From NCBI GenBank assembly GCA_963823345.1, contig CAWGLE010000022.1:227656-291655 (forward strand): 64,000 bases of DNA, written 5' to 3'. Made by a program: the position numbers and the translations under genes. The notes under the pieces were generated by a model. It worked only from the letters and a program-made list of their open reading frames with translations, had not been told where the DNA came from and did not search any database. Below, piece after piece: positions 49,228 through 58,665 of the stretch. Numbering within the stretch: position 1 is the first letter of the stretch; every line of letters begins with the position of its first letter. The stretch is from Candidatus Sulfomarinibacteraceae bacterium (GTDB lineage: Bacteria > Acidobacteriota > Thermoanaerobaculia > Thermoanaerobaculales > Sulfomarinibacteraceae).

Positions 49228-51133
49228 CGTCTTTGCGATTGAGCAGAGACCGCACGTGTTCCGGGTCGTCGCATCCCATGTCCAGACCCAGCTGGAGGAA
49301 ACGCCGGCCCTCGGTGATCTGTCGGTTGGCCAACAGCACCTCCCCGAGGTGGCAGTAGATGGTGCCGTCACCGATGTTCCCGGCGAAGTCGACGGCCCTC
49401 CGCAGCCACCGCTCCGCCTCGTCCAGATTCCCGCGGCGGTAGTTCACCCAACCGAGGGAATCGAGAAAGGCGGCGTTGTCCGGATCGAGCGCCACCGCCC
49501 GCGCGATCAGGTCCAGGGCTTCGTCCAGATTGACGGCACGGTCCGCCCACATGTAGCCGAGATAGTTGGCCGCATCGGCGTCGTCGGGGTCCGATTCCAC
49601 CAGGCGTCGAAAAACCTCCTCGGCGGCCTCGTGCTCGCCGAGGCGCTCGAGAGCCGCGGCGCGTATGAACGACAGCTCCCGGTTTTCTCCGAACCGGTCG
49701 AGGGCTGCGGCGCTGTTGCTTGCAACGTCGTCCCAACGCTCCACAGACTGCAGAACCTGTAAACCGATCATCACGTCAGGCAGCCGGGTGGAGTCCAGCA
49801 GCGGCCGCAGACGGCGCCACGCCCTCGGGTCGTTGAGACGAAGGCGGAACTCGGCCTCCATCGCCTCGGCCACGACCTGCGCACGTCCTTCGAGCTGCGG
49901 TTCCACCCTGACCAGCGCAGTAATGCCCTCCTGCCACTGCTCGTTCGTACGATAGGTCTCCGCCAACAGGCGGACGAAGTCCTCTCCGGCGAACGAGTAG
50001 CTGCCGACCCGGTCCAACCAGCTCCGCGCCACCATGGGTTTCCCGGCCAGGATCTGCAACCGGGCTGCGGTCAAGGCGCACCGCACCGCCTGTCTGGACC
50101 CGGCGTCGGACTGCACCAGTTCCCAGCCGCGATCCAGCCATCGTTCGGCCTTTTCCATATCACCGGTCCGTCCGAGGGACCATGCGAGCGCGAGGATGAG
50201 ATCGAGATCGTCCGGAGATTTCTTCACCAGCTTCTGCAGACGGTCGATGGCCTCTTCGTGGCGGCCGAGCGCGGACAGGAGATGGGCCTCGAGGACCAGC
50301 GCCCGGGGCGAATCCGGCGCTTTCGCGAGTACCCGTTGCACCGTTTCCAGGCTCAACTGCAGGCGGTTGCCCTCCCACAGCAAGGCCGCCGCCCGCATCA
50401 GGGAATCGAGGTCCAGGTCGCCAAGCCACTGCAACATCAGTTCGCCGGCCTCGCCGGGGCGGTCGTTCTCCACCAGCAGGCTGATTGCGGCGTCCCGGCA
50501 CGACTGGGAGGCAGGCCCGGCTTCGGAGCACTCGATGTAGAGCGCGATCGCCTCGTCCTCTCGTCCGGCGGCGCGCAACAGGTCGGCGTGCATCTGGAGC
50601 AGCCGGGGGTTGGACGGCCGGTCCTCCCGGAGCGACGCGATGATCTGCTCGGCCTCAACCGCCTCACCGAGGTTGGAGAGCGTCTGGGCAAGCGCGAGCA
50701 ACAGATTGGGATCGTCGGGAGCATCCTTGACGGCTTCCCGCAAAGCTGCGAGGGCGTCGTCCTGCAGATCCGTCTGACGCGCCGACAGCTGCGCCAGGGC
50801 CAGAGCCTTGACCCTCATGCCTTCGGGTTGGAGGTCAGGGATGCCTTCGAGCAGTTGTGCGGCCCTCTCGGCCATGCCCATATCAACCAGAAAGGTGGCG
50901 AATGCAACCCTGACCTCATCGACGTCGGGCGCCTGCCGCACCGCCTCTTCGTACGCGTCCATCGCCTCCCGGTAGCTGCCGTTGGCTTCGAGGACCCGCG
51001 CTTCGAGATACGCCTCGAGCCCGTCGGGAAGAGCCACCGGGTCTTCGCCGGCGACGGCATCGCCGGCGCCGAGAACCGCCGCCGCGAGAAAAATCGCAAC
51101 CCATCCTGATCGCTTGAGCGTGTACTGCATCAT
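49214..51133 (-). CDS. secreted tetratricopeptide-repeat protein
   Basis: Signal peptide MMQYTLKRSGWVAIFLAAAVLGAGDAVAG. Many Ala/Leu-rich 34-aa TPR-like repeats. Confidence 0.7.
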   Translation of the reverse strand: MMQYTLKRSGWVAIFLAAAVLGAGDAVAGEDPVALPDGLEAYLEARVLEANGSYREAMDAYEEAVRQAPDVDEVRVAFATFLVDMGMAERAAQLLEGIPDLQPEGMRVKALALAQLSARQTDLQDDALAALREAVKDAPDDPNLLLALAQTLSNLGEAVEAEQIIASLREDRPSNPRLLQMHADLLRAAGREDEAIALYIECSEAGPASQSCRDAAISLLVENDRPGEAGELMLQWLGDLDLDSLMRAAALLWEGNRLQLSLETVQRVLAKAPDSPRALVLEAHLLSALGRHEEAIDRLQKLVKKSPDDLDLILALAWSLGRTGDMEKAERWLDRGWELVQSDAGSRQAVRCALTAARLQILAGKPMVARSWLDRVGSYSFAGEDFVRLLAETYRTNEQWQEGITALVRVEPQLEGRAQVVAEAMEAEFRLRLNDPRAWRRLRPLLDSTRLPDVMIGLQVLQSVERWDDVASNSAAALDRFGENRELSFIRAAALERLGEHEAAEEVFRRLVESDPDDADAANYLGYMWADRAVNLDEALDLIARAVALDPDNAAFLDSLGWVNYRRGNLDEAERWLRRAVDFAGNIGDGTIYCHLGEVLLANRQITEGRRFLQLGLDMGCDDPEHVRSLLNRKDDAEQ

Positions 51134-51316
51134 CTCGAAAACTTCCTCGATCTTTATCTCCGGGGAGCTCGGGTCCATCGGTTTTCTGGACATCACCGGG
51201 CATCACGACCCGTCGTGAACAAGCACGAGTGTATCGCGATTTGTTCCCTCGCCCGCCGCCGCCAGAACGGCGCAGGGACCTCCCGCCTGACGTGCGGGTG
51301 CTACAATCGCCCGCCG

Positions 51317-52675
51317 ATGGCACACAACGACCCCAATAAGACGCTGTTCAGTGATCTCACCTTCGACAATTTCGACCTTCCGGAACCGATCCGGCGCGCC
51401 GTCGACGATCTCGGATTCTCCCGACTGACCAGGGTTCAGGCGGAGGTCCTCCCGATATCACTGACCGGGCGGGATGTCGTGGCCCAGGCGCAGACCGGGT
51501 CGGGCAAGACGGCCGCCTATCTGTTGACGGTCTTCACCCACATTCTCAACAACCCCCGGCGCAGTTCGCCGGACACCCCGCGTGCCCTCATCGTCGCGCC
51601 GACCAGGGAGCTGGCCGTGCAGATCGCCAGCGACGCGGAAGGACTCGGCCACCACGCGGGGATCCGCACTCACGTTGTGTTCGGCGGGCTCGACTACCGA
51701 AAACAACGCGAGATCCTCGAGCGCGGGACGGATCTCCTGATCGGCACGCCGGGGCGTCTGATCGACTACAACAGGAAGGGCTCCTACTCGCTGCGTGACA
51801 CCGAGATGGTCGTCATCGACGAGTGCGACCGCCTCTTTGACATGGGCTTTGCCGAAGACCTGCGGTGGCTGCTGCGGCGGATGCCGGCGCCGAAAGACAG
51901 GCAATCCATGATGTTCACCGCCACGCTTTCGCAGAGGGTGATGACCCTCGGTTGGCGCCAGATGAACAATCCTGCGGAAGTGATCGTCAGCGCACAGCAG
52001 CTGACGCCCGATACCATCCACCAGGTTCTCTATCACGTGGCCACACGCGAAAAGCTGTCCCTGCTTCTGGGCGTGCTGGAGCGCGAGGCCAGTTCGAGGA
52101 CCATGATCTTCGTCAACACCCGCTACCGCGCCCAACACCTGGTGGACGACCTTCGCCACCACGGTTTCGTCGCCCGCGGGTTGACCGGCAACGTGGTCCA
52201 GACGAAGCGGTTGAAGGTCCTCGACGATTTTCGCGACGGCACCCTCCCGATCCTGGTGGCGACCGACGTCGCGAGCCGCGGGCTGCACATCGAGGGCGTC
52301 ACCCACGTCGTCAACTACGACCTGCCGCAGGATGCGGAAGATTATGTTCACCGCATCGGACGGACCGCCCGCGTGGGCGCCGAGGGCAAGGCCATCACGC
52401 TGGCGTGCGAGGACTATATCTACTCGTTGGACGCTATCCAGAAGTACGTCGGCTATGAGCTGCCGACCGAGTTTGCCGACGACAGCCTGTTCGCCAAGGT
52501 CGTTCCCCGGCCGCGGACTCCGAGGAGGAGAGACGGCGGGACGAACCGGCGGCCCCCGGTGCGGCGCGAGCATCACGACCCGGGCGGCGACGGCGCGGCG
52601 AAGACGAAATCGCGCCGGCGCCGGCGCCCGCGAAATTCCTCCCCAGGAAAACCGACCGAACCGGCAAAAGACTGA
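51317..52675 (+). CDS. DEAD-box ATP-dependent RNA helicase (RhlB/RhlE-like) with a basic tail
   Basis: Q-motif region, AQTGSGKT, VIDECD, FTAT, HRIGRTAR. Confidence 0.9.
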   Translation: MAHNDPNKTLFSDLTFDNFDLPEPIRRAVDDLGFSRLTRVQAEVLPISLTGRDVVAQAQTGSGKTAAYLLTVFTHILNNPRRSSPDTPRALIVAPTRELAVQIASDAEGLGHHAGIRTHVVFGGLDYRKQREILERGTDLLIGTPGRLIDYNRKGSYSLRDTEMVVIDECDRLFDMGFAEDLRWLLRRMPAPKDRQSMMFTATLSQRVMTLGWRQMNNPAEVIVSAQQLTPDTIHQVLYHVATREKLSLLLGVLEREASSRTMIFVNTRYRAQHLVDDLRHHGFVARGLTGNVVQTKRLKVLDDFRDGTLPILVATDVASRGLHIEGVTHVVNYDLPQDAEDYVHRIGRTARVGAEGKAITLACEDYIYSLDAIQKYVGYELPTEFADDSLFAKVVPRPRTPRRRDGGTNRRPPVRREHHDPGGDGAAKTKSRRRRRPRNSSPGKPTEPAKD

Positions 52676-52709
52676 TCCGGCGCCACACCTCTCCGCGCGG
52701 CGGCGCGGT

Positions 52710-53753
52710 TCAACCGCCGAGGTTGAGGGTCGGTGGAGCGTTGTCGCTCCATTCGGGAAGCAACGGTCCGGCCATTGCAGGGTCGCACCAAACGATGTCC
52801 CTGGGAGTTGCCGGCAGGTCCACCGATTGCACGGTTTCCCTGGAACGGACATCGATGATCTGCAGCCCGCCTTCGGCGAAACCCACGACGACGTAGCGCT
52901 CGTCCGGAGACGCCGCGATCCGCACCGGTGTGCCGGCGAGTGGGACCCGCCACTCCTTCTTCTGAACCAGACCGTCATCCTTTTCGGCCTTGACCTTCCA
53001 CATCACCAGCTCGCCACCCCCACCGGGGAGTTCGGCGGCCACCGCCAGGACCGACCCCGTATCCACGAACACGAGGTCCACAGGCGAGCCACCGACCGCA
53101 AAGGCCGCTTGGGTCGTCAGGGTCGCGGGATCGGTCAACACCACCCGGCCGCCGGCCGCGTCGCCGAGGGCGATGACCGCCAGCGCCGGCGACAGGGCGA
53201 AATGCCGAACATCCCCTTGCAACGGGCGGCGGTACACCATGCGGCCGTCACTGAGGTTCACCGCCACCATCGCGGTCCCGGCGGACCCCGTCGGGTCACG
53301 TTCGAGCACCAGCAGCACCGTGTCGTCGGCGATGATCGCGACCTGCCACGGGTTGTGGAATGCGATATCGAACGTGCTCATGAGCGCCCGTTCGGGATAG
53401 CTCACCAACAGAAGCTGGCGCGCCACGACCAGGTAGCGATCTTCGCGGGTCCCGAAATGCGGCATGGTGACGCCGTCGAGGCGGTCCCGTTCGGTCTGCG
53501 TCACGAGATCGATGACGGTTGTCGTGCCGTTCACCAGGTCGGGGGCGAACAACGTTCCTCCAGGAGCAGGAAAAAGCCACGCCACCGGACCGGCCGGAAT
53601 CGTCCGCACTGCGCCGGCGGTCGGATCGACCAGCGCCACCGATTCTCCCGCCGAGACGGCGATGAGCCCCGGAAAGGACTTGTCCTTGGCCAGGGCCGCA
53701 GCAACCGGCACCAGAGCGACCGCAAGACACCACGCGCCAAAGCGTCGAACCAT
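52710..53753 (-). CDS. periplasmic beta-propeller-like hypothetical protein
   Basis: Track ORF 52710..54029(-), start moved to MVRRFGAWCLAVALVPVAAALA (signal peptide). Repeated beta-strand-rich segments. Confidence 0.55.
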   Translation of the reverse strand: MVRRFGAWCLAVALVPVAAALAKDKSFPGLIAVSAGESVALVDPTAGAVRTIPAGPVAWLFPAPGGTLFAPDLVNGTTTVIDLVTQTERDRLDGVTMPHFGTREDRYLVVARQLLLVSYPERALMSTFDIAFHNPWQVAIIADDTVLLVLERDPTGSAGTAMVAVNLSDGRMVYRRPLQGDVRHFALSPALAVIALGDAAGGRVVLTDPATLTTQAAFAVGGSPVDLVFVDTGSVLAVAAELPGGGGELVMWKVKAEKDDGLVQKKEWRVPLAGTPVRIAASPDERYVVVGFAEGGLQIIDVRSRETVQSVDLPATPRDIVWCDPAMAGPLLPEWSDNAPPTLNLGG

Positions 53754-53798
53754 GAATCCACTGTAAGCGACTGCACGTTTCTCGGCTACCCTTGCCTC

Positions 53799-54767
53799 GT
53801 GAGAGACCTGACGGACGCCCTCAAGAAGCGATCTCTCGAGGAGGGTTTCGACCTTTTCGGCGTCGCCTCGGCCGGGGCCGCCGACTCTGCGGCCGCCCTC
53901 GACCGATGGATCGCGGCCGCCATGCACGGCGAGATGGATTACATGGAGCGGACCCGGCACCTGCGGACGGACCCCGGGCGCCTCCTCGCCGGGTGTCGTT
54001 CGGTGATCGCGGTGGCCATGAGCTACCACACGAGCCTCCCTTCGTCCGCGACGCTGCGTGCCGGTGACGGACGGGTGTGGGTCTCACGCTATGCGTGGGG
54101 TCGCGACTACCACCGGATCCTCAAGAAGAAGCTCGTTCGCCTGGGGCGGTGGCTGGGGGAATGCCGGCCGGGCTGCGGTTGGAGGGCCTGCGTCGACACC
54201 GCCCCGGTCCTGGAACGGGAGTGGGCGGCGAGGGCGGGTCTGGGGTGGATCGGGAAGAACACGATGCTGCTCAACCGACAACTCGGCTCCGAGCTCTTTC
54301 TCGGCCTTCTGCTCACCGACGTCGACCTCGAACCGGATCGGCCGCGGCCCGAGCATTGCGGCACCTGCACCGCATGCCTCGACGCCTGCCCGACGCAGGC
54401 ATTCGCCGGACCGCGGGTGCTCGACGCCCGGCGCTGTGTCGCCTATCTGACCGTGGAGCACGGTTCGGAGATCCCGGCCGAGCTCGCCGGTGGGATGGGC
54501 GTCATGGTGGCCGGCTGTGACATCTGCCAGGAGGTCTGCCCGTGGACGCAGCGCGCGCCGACGGACCTCCACCCGGAGTTCGCGCCCCACCCCGATCGCA
54601 TGCATCCGCGCCTGGCGGACCTCGAGTCCTTGACCGAGGAAGGCTATCTCCGGTGGCGCCGAGGCAGCCCGCTCAACCGCATCTCGTACGAGCAGTTCCG
54701 CCGAAATCTCGCGGCGGCGCGGCGCAATCAACCGCCAGCGAAGGAGGTGGCGCCGCCTATTTCTTGA
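53799..54767 (+). CDS. queG: epoxyqueuosine reductase
   Basis: Only the last 322 codons of ORF 52332..54767 (GTG 53799). CGTCTACLDACP and CDICQEVCPW 4Fe-4S motifs. KNTMLLN. Confidence 0.85.
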   Translation: MRDLTDALKKRSLEEGFDLFGVASAGAADSAAALDRWIAAAMHGEMDYMERTRHLRTDPGRLLAGCRSVIAVAMSYHTSLPSSATLRAGDGRVWVSRYAWGRDYHRILKKKLVRLGRWLGECRPGCGWRACVDTAPVLEREWAARAGLGWIGKNTMLLNRQLGSELFLGLLLTDVDLEPDRPRPEHCGTCTACLDACPTQAFAGPRVLDARRCVAYLTVEHGSEIPAELAGGMGVMVAGCDICQEVCPWTQRAPTDLHPEFAPHPDRMHPRLADLESLTEEGYLRWRRGSPLNRISYEQFRRNLAAARRNQPPAKEVAPPIS

Positions 54768-55302
54768 CTGGTCGAACGACCATCGTCAGGTCGCGGCCCT
54801 CGAGCTTGCTGGGCATCTGGTCGACCTTGGCGATGTCCTCGAGATCTTCAGCCACCCTGCGCAGGAGATCGAAACCGTTCTCGGGGCGCCGCATTTCGCG
54901 CATCCGGAACATGATGGTCACCTTGACGTGTTTCCCCTCTTCGAGAAACCTGCGGGCCTGCTTCGTCTTGGTTTCGAAATCGTGGATGTTGATGTTCGGC
55001 CGATACTTGACTTCCTTGATTTCGACCGCGTGCTGCTGCTTCTTGGCCTCTCGGGCCTTTTTCTCCTGCTCGTATCGGAATCGCCCGTAATCCATGATTT
55101 TGCAGACGATCGGGCGTGTGGTCGCGGCCACCTCGACGAGGTCGAGCCCCTTTTCCTTGGCCAGCTTCAGGGCTTCCTCGATCGGCACGACGCCGACCTG
55201 GTTTCCCTCGTCATCGACCAGTCGAACCGGTGAGAGTCGAATTCGCTCGTTGATACGCACCTGTGGTGCATCTGGGTCGTCACGAAACGCGAACTTACGG
55301 AT
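54757..55302 (-). CDS. infC: translation initiation factor IF-3, probable non-AUG (ATC) start
   Basis: RINERIRLSPVRLVDDEGNQVGVVPIEEALKLAKEKGLDLVEV. There is no ATG/GTG at the expected N-terminus. ATC lies 6 nt after GGAGG. Confidence 0.8.
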   Translation of the reverse strand: MRKFAFRDDPDAPQVRINERIRLSPVRLVDDEGNQVGVVPIEEALKLAKEKGLDLVEVAATTRPIVCKIMDYGRFRYEQEKKAREAKKQQHAVEIKEVKYRPNINIHDFETKTKQARRFLEEGKHVKVTIMFRMREMRRPENGFDLLRRVAEDLEDIAKVDQMPSKLEGRDLTMVVRPVKK

Positions 55303-55430
55303 GATCGTCCTCCAATCGTTGCGGTTGTTCGATCGGTCGTTCCACACCGCGAAACACGGGTGACACCAAGCCGGAGTATAGCATCCGGATGAGGAAAAAA
55401 GCCGATCGGCAGCCGCTGCTGAGCCGGTCG

Positions 55431-57083
55431 TCATGCATCGGGCAGCGCCGATTTCACCGATCGTCCCACCACCAATAGCGCGGTTGTGATCGCTCCCGTC
55501 CCGGCGACCATCAAGATGACGGGGTGAATTCCGGTCACGGCGTGGACCAGATATCCGATTCCGACAGCGGCGCCCGCGGAGGTCAACGCATAGGGTAGTT
55601 GCGTGCGCACGTGATCCACATGGTCGCATCCCGACGCCATGGAGGACAGGATCGTCGTGTCGGAGATCGGCGAACAGTGATCGCCGAACACCGCCCCGCC
55701 GAGGATAGCGGCCACCGTCGACTCGAGGATGTCGAGATTACCCGCAGCGACCTCGAGGACGAGCGGCACCGCCAGGGGCGTGAGGATGGCCATGGTCCCC
55801 CACGATGTCCCGGTCGCAAACGACACCGCCGCGGCAACCAGGAACACCACGACCGGCAGCAGGACGGCCGGCACATTCGGTCCGATCGCGCCCTGGAGAT
55901 AGCCCGCGGTCGCCAGGTCCGCACAGACCTGGCCGAGTGACCACGCGAGGGTCAGCACCACAAAGGCCATCAGCATGCTCTTGAAACCGTCGACTGCGGC
56001 CGCCAGCGCCTCCCGGATGCTCAAGATGTTCTGTACCACCGAAAGCACGACTGCTGCCGTGACACCCACCAGACTCGCCCACAGCAGGACGGTGAACGGG
56101 TCCGATGCGCCGATTACCAGGCTCAGCGAAGCTGCCGTGTCTCCCGCCTCCGCGAGGCTTGCCCTTCCGGTCTGATACAGGCCGACGAGGGTCGTCACAA
56201 CCACCAGAAACACGGGCACGACGGCGTTCCACCAGCGGGCTTTTTCGGCATTTTTGGGAGCGAGATCTCCCGAGTCGAAATCAGCCAGCGGTTGCGCGCC
56301 GGGGGCCAGAATTTCGCCCGATCGCGCGCGCAGCTCCGCGCGCAGCATGGGCCCCCAGTCGCGCCCCGACACCGAGATCACAAACGTGATCACGAGCGCG
56401 AAGACCGGGTAGTAGGCGTACGGCAGCGAGCCCAGAAAGATCGAGAACGGATTCAGATCGGATCCGGTCTTTTCGAGAGCGTCACCGACCAGGGAAACTT
56501 CGTACCCGATCCACGTCGAGACCAGCGCCACGCAGGCCACGGGCGCAGCCGTCGAGTCCACCAGGAACGCGAGCTTTTCGCGGCTGACGTGATGACGATC
56601 TGTGACCGGCCTCATCGTATTGCCGACGATCAGCGTGTTGGAGTAGTCGTCGAAGAAGATCGCCACCCCCATCAGCCACGTCACGACCTGGGCGCGGCGC
56701 GGCGTGGTGGCGAATGGTTCCAGCGCGCGCACCACCCCGAGGGTGCCCCCGCTCTTGCTCATCACGCCCACCATCCCACCGAGGAGCATGGAGAAGACGA
56801 TGATGCTCATGTGGTCCGAATCGACCAGCGCACCACGGATGTTGGTGTCGACGAGCCGCAGGAAGCCCGTCGCCGGATCTCCCCCGGCAACCATCGTGGT
56901 GCCGATCCACACCGCCATCAGAAGCGCGATCAGGACATCGTGAAAGGCCAGCGCCAGCGCCACCGCTACCAACGGGGGCAGCAGACTCCACCATGTCCCG
57001 GTTGCGGAATCCGCGCCGGGGAGGAGAGCCATCACGCACAGCACCGCGAGCAGGATCGCCGGAGTTTTCAGCCAACGAGGCAC
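55431..57083 (-). CDS. nhaC: Na+/H+ antiporter, NhaC family
   Basis: Polytopic. WWSLLPPLVAVALALAF..., FFDDYSNTLIVGNTMRP. The start is uncertain (GTG 57083 or ATG 57032). The upstream part of the ORF only translates the heptamer array. Confidence 0.75.
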   Translation of the reverse strand: MPRWLKTPAILLAVLCVMALLPGADSATGTWWSLLPPLVAVALALAFHDVLIALLMAVWIGTTMVAGGDPATGFLRLVDTNIRGALVDSDHMSIIVFSMLLGGMVGVMSKSGGTLGVVRALEPFATTPRRAQVVTWLMGVAIFFDDYSNTLIVGNTMRPVTDRHHVSREKLAFLVDSTAAPVACVALVSTWIGYEVSLVGDALEKTGSDLNPFSIFLGSLPYAYYPVFALVITFVISVSGRDWGPMLRAELRARSGEILAPGAQPLADFDSGDLAPKNAEKARWWNAVVPVFLVVVTTLVGLYQTGRASLAEAGDTAASLSLVIGASDPFTVLLWASLVGVTAAVVLSVVQNILSIREALAAAVDGFKSMLMAFVVLTLAWSLGQVCADLATAGYLQGAIGPNVPAVLLPVVVFLVAAAVSFATGTSWGTMAILTPLAVPLVLEVAAGNLDILESTVAAILGGAVFGDHCSPISDTTILSSMASGCDHVDHVRTQLPYALTSAGAAVGIGYLVHAVTGIHPVILMVAGTGAITTALLVVGRSVKSALPDA

Positions 57084-57104
57084 GCAGGGAGGGTACCACG
57101 GGAG

Positions 57105-57238
57105 AATTCGGATTTCGGATTTCGAATTTCGGATTTCGAATTTGGGACTTGGGATTTGGGATATTCCACCCACCCCTTACCGATAACGCAAAACTCAAAG
57201 CCCAAAACTCAACACTCAAAACTCAACACTCAAAACTC
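57105..57238. repeat. three adjacent heptamer arrays (ATTTCGG/ATTTCGA; TTTGGGA; AAACTCA/ACACTCA) around a CCACCCACCCC tract
   Basis: 57105-57143, 57144-57162 and 57190-57238, in the divergent nhaC/recO region. Confidence 0.9.
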
Positions 57239-57260
57239 CTGGCTCGGCTACCATGGGCCG

Positions 57261-57902
57261 GTGCCGACAATCGACGACGACGCACTGGTCCTCGACCACC
57301 ACCCGTATCGCGACCGGCACCTGATTCTCGCGGTGCTCACCCGCAGCACCGGAGTGCAGCGCGGGGTCCTGCGGCGCGCGCGCGGCGGCAAGGTCCCGGC
57401 GGCAGCGGCGACCCAGGTGCTGTCACACGTTCACGTGACCCTCTTTCAGCGGCCGCAGTCAGAGCTTGCCGATTTCCGCCGGATCGAGCTCGTCACCAGT
57501 TCGTTCCCGATCGCCCGCGATCTCGCCACCTCGGGCGCAGGGGCGGTGGTGGCCGAGCTCCTGGCCACATTCTGCCCTCTCGGCGAACCGGCCGAGCGTT
57601 CCTTCCGGCTCGGGGTCTCTGCCCTCGAGGCGCTGTTGTCGGGGCAATCCGCGCAGGTGGTGGTGGCGTATGTCCAGTACTGGACCCTCGCTCTCGGCGG
57701 CGTGCTCGCGGACCCGGCGGCCATCACCGACGCCCTCGGCGTGGACGGTGCGGATTTCCTCGCGACGTGCCGCCGGCTGCCTCTCGCCGACGTCGCCGGC
57801 CCGGTGCCGTCGCGGACCGCTGGCTGGCTTGACCAGCGGGTCCGCGAGGAAGCCGAAAGGCCCCTCCGGGCTCTCGGCTTCTTCCGTTCGATGACAGGGT
57901 GA
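57261..57902 (+). CDS. recO: DNA repair protein RecO
   Basis: GTG start. VPTIDDDALVLDHHPYRDRHLILAVLTRSTGVQRGVLRRARG is an OB-fold N-terminus typical of RecO. The rest of ORF 56292..57902 is antisense to nhaC. Confidence 0.75.
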   Translation: MPTIDDDALVLDHHPYRDRHLILAVLTRSTGVQRGVLRRARGGKVPAAAATQVLSHVHVTLFQRPQSELADFRRIELVTSSFPIARDLATSGAGAVVAELLATFCPLGEPAERSFRLGVSALEALLSGQSAQVVVAYVQYWTLALGGVLADPAAITDALGVDGADFLATCRRLPLADVAGPVPSRTAGWLDQRVREEAERPLRALGFFRSMTG

Positions 57903-57906
57903 CCGA

Positions 57907-58566
57907 GTGCGGGTCGAACGATCAGACGCCGCCGATCAGATCGTCTTCACCTCGCCGATCCTGACGATCCGGGTTCTGGATTCGTTCGCATCCGCTCTGC
58001 GCGAGCTGGCCGCCGCCCGGGACCCCCGACCATTGGTTTTGCGATCCGATCACCCGACCGTGTTTCTCGCCGGCGCCGACCTGCGCGAGATCGCAGCCCT
58101 CGACTCCACAAGCTGCGTCGAGTACGCCCGACGCGGACGGAGCATCGTCGACCTCCTTGGAAGCCATCCGGCTCCGACGGTGGCGGCGGCTGACGGATCG
58201 TGTTCGGGGGGCGGGTTCGACGTCGTGATGGCCTGCGACGCCGTCGTCGCCTCACCCCGGGCGACGTTTGATCACCCCGGCGCACGCCGCGGCCTGGTCA
58301 CCGGGTGGTCGGGCACGGTATCGGCCCCGGCGGTCTTCGGAAAGACCGCAGCCCGCGCCATCCTGGTCGAAGGCCGCCGCCTCGATTCCGAAGCCGCGTT
58401 GTCGCTCGGGCTGGTCGGTCGGCTGAGTGCCGAACCGGTGCCGGACGCCATCCAGACGGCGCTCGAACTCGCCCGTCTGCCTCCCTCCAGACGGCGCTTG
58501 TGGCGGCTGCTGAGAGGGGGGCCATTCGTTGACAGATTCCGCGCCTCCGTGATACATAAATTATGA
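57907..58566 (+). CDS. enoyl-CoA hydratase/isomerase (crotonase) family protein
   Basis: VFLAGADLREI and GSCSGGGFDVVMACD oxyanion-hole-type motifs. Confidence 0.7.
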   Translation: MRVERSDAADQIVFTSPILTIRVLDSFASALRELAAARDPRPLVLRSDHPTVFLAGADLREIAALDSTSCVEYARRGRSIVDLLGSHPAPTVAAADGSCSGGGFDVVMACDAVVASPRATFDHPGARRGLVTGWSGTVSAPAVFGKTAARAILVEGRRLDSEAALSLGLVGRLSAEPVPDAIQTALELARLPPSRRRLWRLLRGGPFVDRFRASVIHKL

Positions 58567-58665
58567 CAGCGTGGCGACTTGCCTTTTTCAACCTCGGTTG
58601 AAAACCTCTCAGAACCATGGCTGCACCATGACTCTGTGTGGTGGCGACTGCCAGCGGGGGGGCTC

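Noticed and set aside
52332-54767. 811-aa ORF taken at face value
   Set aside because: Only the last 322 codons match QueG. The upstream part is antisense to the helicase 3' end and to the beta-propeller gene, and is Arg/Gly/Pro-rich noise.
56292-57260. 536-aa ORF as an extended RecO
   Set aside because: The first roughly 320 codons are antisense to nhaC and then cross the heptamer arrays. RecO-like sequence begins at GTG 57261.
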